Positions 59,660 to 64,000 of a stretch of 64,000 bases of DNA are shown here, one piece after another (the first letter of the stretch is position 1; every line of letters starts with the position of its first letter). The stretch is from Verrucomicrobiota bacterium (GTDB lineage: Bacteria > Verrucomicrobiota > Verrucomicrobiia > Limisphaerales > SXQI01): assembly GCA_033762115.1 (NCBI GenBank), contig JANRLX010000019.1:14375-78374 (forward strand). Reading direction: 5' to 3'. The translations under genes and the position numbers were made by a program. The notes under the pieces are model-generated. The model was not told the DNA's origin. It saw only the letters and a program-made list of their open reading frames with translations, and did no database searches.

Positions 59660-60847
59660 TCAACTTTGCGGCGACAATCCCCGCGCCACTTCAGAAGAAT
59701 AAGCCCGCCAACCCGGTACCAGCCCCGCCAGCGCACCCATCAATCCATACGCCGCCGGGATGATCCATAACGCCGGATGCAAACTGAACCCATCCAGCGT
59801 CAATCCCACCGTCGCGGAGAGAATGCCCGAAATCATCTCGATCAGCAGCACCGAAAGCAGCCAGCCGGTCACCACGCCAATCATCGTGATCGCCATCGAT
59901 TCCAGGAGGACCATCCCCAGCAATGTGCTTCGGTGCGCACCCAATGCCCTGAAAATCGCGATCTCACGCTGTCGTGACGCAAGCGCGTTATACAACGAGG
60001 CGCTGATCCCGCTCGCGGCCACAATCGACACAATCACCGCGAACGCCGTCAGCACCCGGTCAAACCAGTTTATCCTTTCAAAGAGCTGCGCCATGATCCG
60101 GCCCGTGGGATATGCAAACGTTAAGCGACTCTCCTTCCGATTATACTGTTGATCCAGTAAAAATCCAGCGCTCGCGCTCCGCAATTTCACCAGCACCGCG
60201 CTCACTTCCCCTGCCGATTCCGCGCTGTGCCCGCCCATGTGCTGCACTCCCGCCAGCGAAATCCAGAGCACCCGGTCTGCCGGGCTGTTCGAAGCCGCAA
60301 GGATTCCCACCACGATATAATCCTCATCATGCTGATGCTCCTCCTGGAATGTTAATCCGTGGTACGGGTGAATCTCATCCCCGATCTGCAACCCCAGTTT
60401 TTTTGCCGCAAAATGTCCCACCACCACCTCCCGGGCCTCCGGGTCGAACATCCTCCCCGCAGCCATTTTCAACCCCGCCGAATGCTGAAAATAATTAGTC
60501 GTCGTCCCGACAATCCTGAACCCGCGAAAATTGTCCCCGAACGCCAGCGGCACCGCCGCCGCCACCTGCGGGTTTTGCGCCAGCTCCTCCCAATCCGTCA
60601 CCCGCACATTCCCCACCGGTTCCTCAAGGTGAAAAATGCTGTTCAGCACCAGTTGCAACTTCGAGCCTCGCGCACCCAGCACCGCATCATAACCCGAATC
60701 CAGGTTGATGAACGCACTTCGCGTCTGGTCACGCACACTCCACGCAGTCAGCGCCAGCGCTGCCGCCAGCGCCACGGAAAACGCCGTCAACGCCGAGGAA
60801 AAGGCATTCTGCCGCAAATTTCTGATAATGATTTGTAATAACGTCAT
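59660..60847 (-). CDS. ABC transporter permease (MacB/FtsX-like)
   Basis: GARGSKLQLVLNSIFH, R.REIAI.RALGA, GLVPGWRAY. Confidence 0.88.
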   Translation of the reverse strand: MTLLQIIIRNLRQNAFSSALTAFSVALAAALALTAWSVRDQTRSAFINLDSGYDAVLGARGSKLQLVLNSIFHLEEPVGNVRVTDWEELAQNPQVAAAVPLAFGDNFRGFRIVGTTTNYFQHSAGLKMAAGRMFDPEAREVVVGHFAAKKLGLQIGDEIHPYHGLTFQEEHQHDEDYIVVGILAASNSPADRVLWISLAGVQHMGGHSAESAGEVSAVLVKLRSASAGFLLDQQYNRKESRLTFAYPTGRIMAQLFERINWFDRVLTAFAVIVSIVAASGISASLYNALASRQREIAIFRALGAHRSTLLGMVLLESMAITMIGVVTGWLLSVLLIEMISGILSATVGLTLDGFSLHPALWIIPAAYGLMGALAGLVPGWRAYSSEVARGLSPQS

Positions 60848-61524
60848 GCAGCCGCCACCTGCCCGGAAGCCCGGTTCAATGTCCCCAGCGCCACCTGCCG
60901 GGAAAAACGTCCCAGCACCGCCGGATCATGGCTCACCAGCAGCAGCCCCGCCCGCTCCTCCGCGCAAATCGAACGGATCAACTCCAGCGCTCTTCCTCCC
61001 GTCCCCGCATCAAGGTTGCCCGTCGGTTCATCCGCCAGCACCAGTTTCGGCCGGTTCGCCACCGCCCTCGCGATGGCCACACGCTGCTGCTGCCCCACCG
61101 AAAGCTGCCGTGGCAGGTCATGCAATCGTTCCTTCAACCCCACCCGCGCCAGCAGCTCCAGCGCCCGTCCACGATCCGTTTTTCCCGCGAAACGCATCCC
61201 CAGCAGCACATTCTCCAGCGCGCTGTAACCTTGCAGCAGGTTGAACGTTTGGAACACATACCCCATGTTCTCAGCCCGGAAACGGTCCCGCGCCAGCTCC
61301 GATAAACTGCTGATCTCCCTTCCGTTGATCTCGATTGTTCCGCTGTCCGGCAGGATGATCCCCGCGATCAGGTTCAGCAGGGTCGTTTTTCCAGACCCGC
61401 TGCTTCCCGCCAGCGCCACCTGCTCCTCGCTCCCAAGGTTGAACTCCGGAATATCAATCACCTGCCGCGCTTCACTCCCGGCGGCATAGCTTTTTTTCAA
61501 ATTCGTGATTCGGAGCAGGCTCAC
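60844..61524 (-). CDS. ABC transporter ATP-binding protein (LolD/MacB-like)
   Basis: GSSGSGKTT, LSVGQQQRVAIARA, LADEPTGNLD. Confidence 0.93.
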   Translation of the reverse strand: MSLLRITNLKKSYAAGSEARQVIDIPEFNLGSEEQVALAGSSGSGKTTLLNLIAGIILPDSGTIEINGREISSLSELARDRFRAENMGYVFQTFNLLQGYSALENVLLGMRFAGKTDRGRALELLARVGLKERLHDLPRQLSVGQQQRVAIARAVANRPKLVLADEPTGNLDAGTGGRALELIRSICAEERAGLLLVSHDPAVLGRFSRQVALGTLNRASGQVAAA

Positions 61525-61579
61525 TTTATTTCATTCGCTGGATGGATATTCCCCCGCGAACCTCATACTTTATCAATCC

Positions 61580-62965
61580 ATGGGTCTGGTCAACATTGAC
61601 GAGGAACTCGAGCAACTCCTTCAACAAAGTCCCGAACTGGCGCACGCCTTTCTCGTCGGCGGCTGCGTCCGGGATGCCTTGCTCTCCCTCCCCGTCAAGG
61701 ACATCGACATTGAAGTTTACGGCATCAACTACGAAAAACTCGTCGCCGCCCTCTCCCGCTCGGGAAAAACCGACCTCGTTGGAAAATCGTTCGGCGTGGT
61801 CAAATTGAAAACCCCCTCCGGACGCGTTTACGATTTCAGCATTCCACGCCGCGATTCCAAGGTCGCCCCCGGCCATAAAGGTTTTCAGATCGAGTTTGAC
61901 CCCGCCATCACCACCAGCGAAGCCGCCGCCCGCCGCGACTTCACCATCAATTCCATTCTTTACGATCCCCGAAAAAATCTTTTGATCGATCACTTTGGCG
62001 GCGCGGACGATTTGAAGAACGGCATCCTCCGCCACACCAGCAATGCCTTTGCCGAGGACCCCCTCCGCGTCCTCCGTGGAATGCAACTGGCCGCCCGCTT
62101 CAACCTCACCGCCGCCCCCGAAACACTCCGCCTCTGCCGCACAATCGTCGAGAGTTACCCGCAGCTTGCTCTCGAACGCGTCTGGGAGGAATGGGCCAAA
62201 TGGGCTGCCAAAAGCCGCTTCCCCTCCCGCGGCCTTCAATTCCTCCTCGCCTCCGGCTGGATCACCCATTACCCGGAATTACAGGCCCTCATCGGCACCC
62301 CCCAGGACCCCGAGTGGCATCCCGAAGGAGATGTCTTCATCCACACCTGTCACTGCTGCGATGCAATGGCTGCCCTTCCTGAATGGCAGGCCTTGGAGGA
62401 ACACTCCCGGATTTACTATATGTTCGCCACCCTTTGCCATGACCTCGGTAAACCCCGCACAACCTTCGTTGCGGAAAAAGGGGGACATGACCGGATCATC
62501 TCGCCCGGCCATGAAAAGGCAGGCGGGCCCATTGCAGAATCATTCCTCTCACGCATCAACGCCCCTCGCGAACTCGTCGAGCATGTCCTCCCGCTCGTCC
62601 TGAACCACATGGCCCATTTCCAGGACCCTTCCGACCGCGCCATTCGCAGGCTTTCCAAACGTCTCGCCCCGGAAAACATCGAAGGATTGACCCTTCTCAT
62701 GACTGCCGATTCCTTTGGTCGTCCGCCCCTCCCGCCACTCCTTCCCTCAAGCATCGTGAAATTGAAGGAGAAAGCCCGCGAACTGAATGTCTCCACCGCT
62801 GCGCCTGCCCCCCTCCTTTTGGGCAGGCACCTCATCGAGCGGGGAATCCCCCCGGGGCCGCGCATCGGGCAAATCCTTGATGCCGCTTATGAAGAACAGT
62901 TGGAAGGGCAGATCGCCAGCCTTGAGCAGGCCCTCGCCTGGCTCGACAAAAAATTAAAAAATTAA
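61580..62965 (+). CDS. CCA tRNA nucleotidyltransferase / poly(A) polymerase family with HD domain
   Basis: VGGCVRD..DIDI, RRDFTINS, EDPLRVLR, HPEGDV..HT, HDLGK. Confidence 0.9.
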   Translation: MGLVNIDEELEQLLQQSPELAHAFLVGGCVRDALLSLPVKDIDIEVYGINYEKLVAALSRSGKTDLVGKSFGVVKLKTPSGRVYDFSIPRRDSKVAPGHKGFQIEFDPAITTSEAAARRDFTINSILYDPRKNLLIDHFGGADDLKNGILRHTSNAFAEDPLRVLRGMQLAARFNLTAAPETLRLCRTIVESYPQLALERVWEEWAKWAAKSRFPSRGLQFLLASGWITHYPELQALIGTPQDPEWHPEGDVFIHTCHCCDAMAALPEWQALEEHSRIYYMFATLCHDLGKPRTTFVAEKGGHDRIISPGHEKAGGPIAESFLSRINAPRELVEHVLPLVLNHMAHFQDPSDRAIRRLSKRLAPENIEGLTLLMTADSFGRPPLPPLLPSSIVKLKEKARELNVSTAAPAPLLLGRHLIERGIPPGPRIGQILDAAYEEQLEGQIASLEQALAWLDKKLKN

Positions 62966-63006
62966 AAATTTTCCCGCCGCAAACTCGGACCGCCTCGAAC
63001 CTTGAC

Positions 63007-64000
63007 TCACCCCGCCGCTCCGATGAACACCTCATGCACCGCACGCATCGCGGATTCAGCCTTCCCCAAATCGATCACCACCGAAATCTTGATTTCGCTC
63101 GTTGAAATCATGTCGATGTTCACTCCCTCCCGCGCCAGCGTTTCAAACATTTTCGCCGCCACTCCCGAATGACTCCGCATCCCAACACCCACAATCGAAA
63201 GCTTCCCGATCTTTTCATCAGACATCACTTCACGGAATGCCACCTCCTGCCGCAGCCGCTCAATCACTTTTGTCGCCTTCAGCAACTCCGGTTTGTCCAC
63301 CGTGAATGAAAGGTCCGTCGATGGCGTCCCCGAACCGTGGCTCACGTTCTGCACGATCATGTCCACATTGATCGTCGCATCCGCCAGCGCCTTGAAAATC
63401 CTCGCCGCCACTCCCGGCTGGTCCGGCACTCCCACAAGCGTCACCTTCGCCTGGTTTTTATCAAGCGAGACGCCGCGAATCACAACGTCCTCCATGCTGC
63501 GTGTTTCTTCTTTCACAATCGTTCCTGGATTATCATTCAAACTCGAGCGCACTTCAAAAACCACCCCAAACTTCTTCGCAAATTCCACCGAGCGGGATTG
63601 CATCACCTTCGCCCCCAGGCTCGCCAGCTCCAGCATCTCGTCATACGCCACCTCAGACAACTTCCGCGCCGTCGGCACGATCCGCGGATCAGCCGTGTAA
63701 ACCCCATCCACATCCGTATAAATCTGGCATAAATCCGCTTTCAACGCCGCCGCCAGCGCAATCGCCGTCAGGTCCGAACCGCCCCGCCCCAGCGTTGTGA
63801 TCTGCCCCTCCGGCGTCTGCCCCTGGAACCCCGCCACAATCACAACCTTTCCCGAATCCAGCAGGTCATGCACCTGCTTCGGCGTGATGTTCTGGATCTT
63901 GGCTTTGGTATGGACCCCGTCTGTGACGATGCCGGCCTGCGCGCCCGTCAGGGATACGGCGTTGATCCCGAGCGCATGCAGCGCCATGGCCGTGAGCGCA
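63007..64000 (-). CDS. lysC: Aspartate kinase (5' truncated by window edge)
   Basis: TTLGRGGSDLTA, YTDVDGVYTADPR, two ACT domains (ISTSEIKIS). Confidence 0.96.
   Translation of the reverse strand, partial: ALTAMALHALGINAVSLTGAQAGIVTDGVHTKAKIQNITPKQVHDLLDSGKVVIVAGFQGQTPEGQITTLGRGGSDLTAIALAAALKADLCQIYTDVDGVYTADPRIVPTARKLSEVAYDEMLELASLGAKVMQSRSVEFAKKFGVVFEVRSSLNDNPGTIVKEETRSMEDVVIRGVSLDKNQAKVTLVGVPDQPGVAARIFKALADATINVDMIVQNVSHGSGTPSTDLSFTVDKPELLKATKVIERLRQEVAFREVMSDEKIGKLSIVGVGMRSHSGVAAKMFETLAREGVNIDMISTSEIKISVVIDLGKAESAMRAVHEVFIGAAG

Noticed and set aside
1..64000. CRISPR arrays, tRNA/rRNA genes, IS elements
   Set aside because: No regularly spaced repeats, cloverleaf/rRNA signatures or transposase ORFs were recognised by eye; intergenic gaps are short.

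Overview
Bacterial chromosomal window. The PEP-CTERM protein, Tat-exported Gfo/Idh/MocA oxidoreductase, CE15 esterase, N-methyl-pilin cluster and weak Shine-Dalgarno usage suggest a Verrucomicrobiota-like host (inference). Most of it is housekeeping: rlmD-like, hinT-like, nrdR, hisF/hisI, trpE, mutL, hemB, system II cytochrome c biogenesis, dnaE, topB-xerC, thiS, cca, lysC. It also has a fliW-csrA-flagellin operon divergent from cheR-cheD-HDOD-cheB, a CHASE-LOV hybrid kinase with a REC-Hpt-REC partner, a T2SS F/H/I/J/K cluster, a cNMP-GspE/PilB fusion and a sugar kinase-MurQ fusion. The most striking element is a compact, intact-looking 'head-only' phage-derived module at about 44.36-50.2 kb. 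A self-cleaving cI/LexA-type repressor is divergent from a Mu-like portal (DUF935-like), prohead protease, capsid-cement-like protein, major capsid protein and two small genes. No terminase, tail, integrase/transposase, replication or lysis genes are visible. A repeated L-(A/S)-N motif looks like a shared maturation site. The + strand shifts from G-rich to C-rich at about 21-23 kb (visual estimate), consistent with a replication terminus region. No rRNA, tRNA or CRISPR array was recognised. All family assignments come from motif recognition by eye, not database searches.
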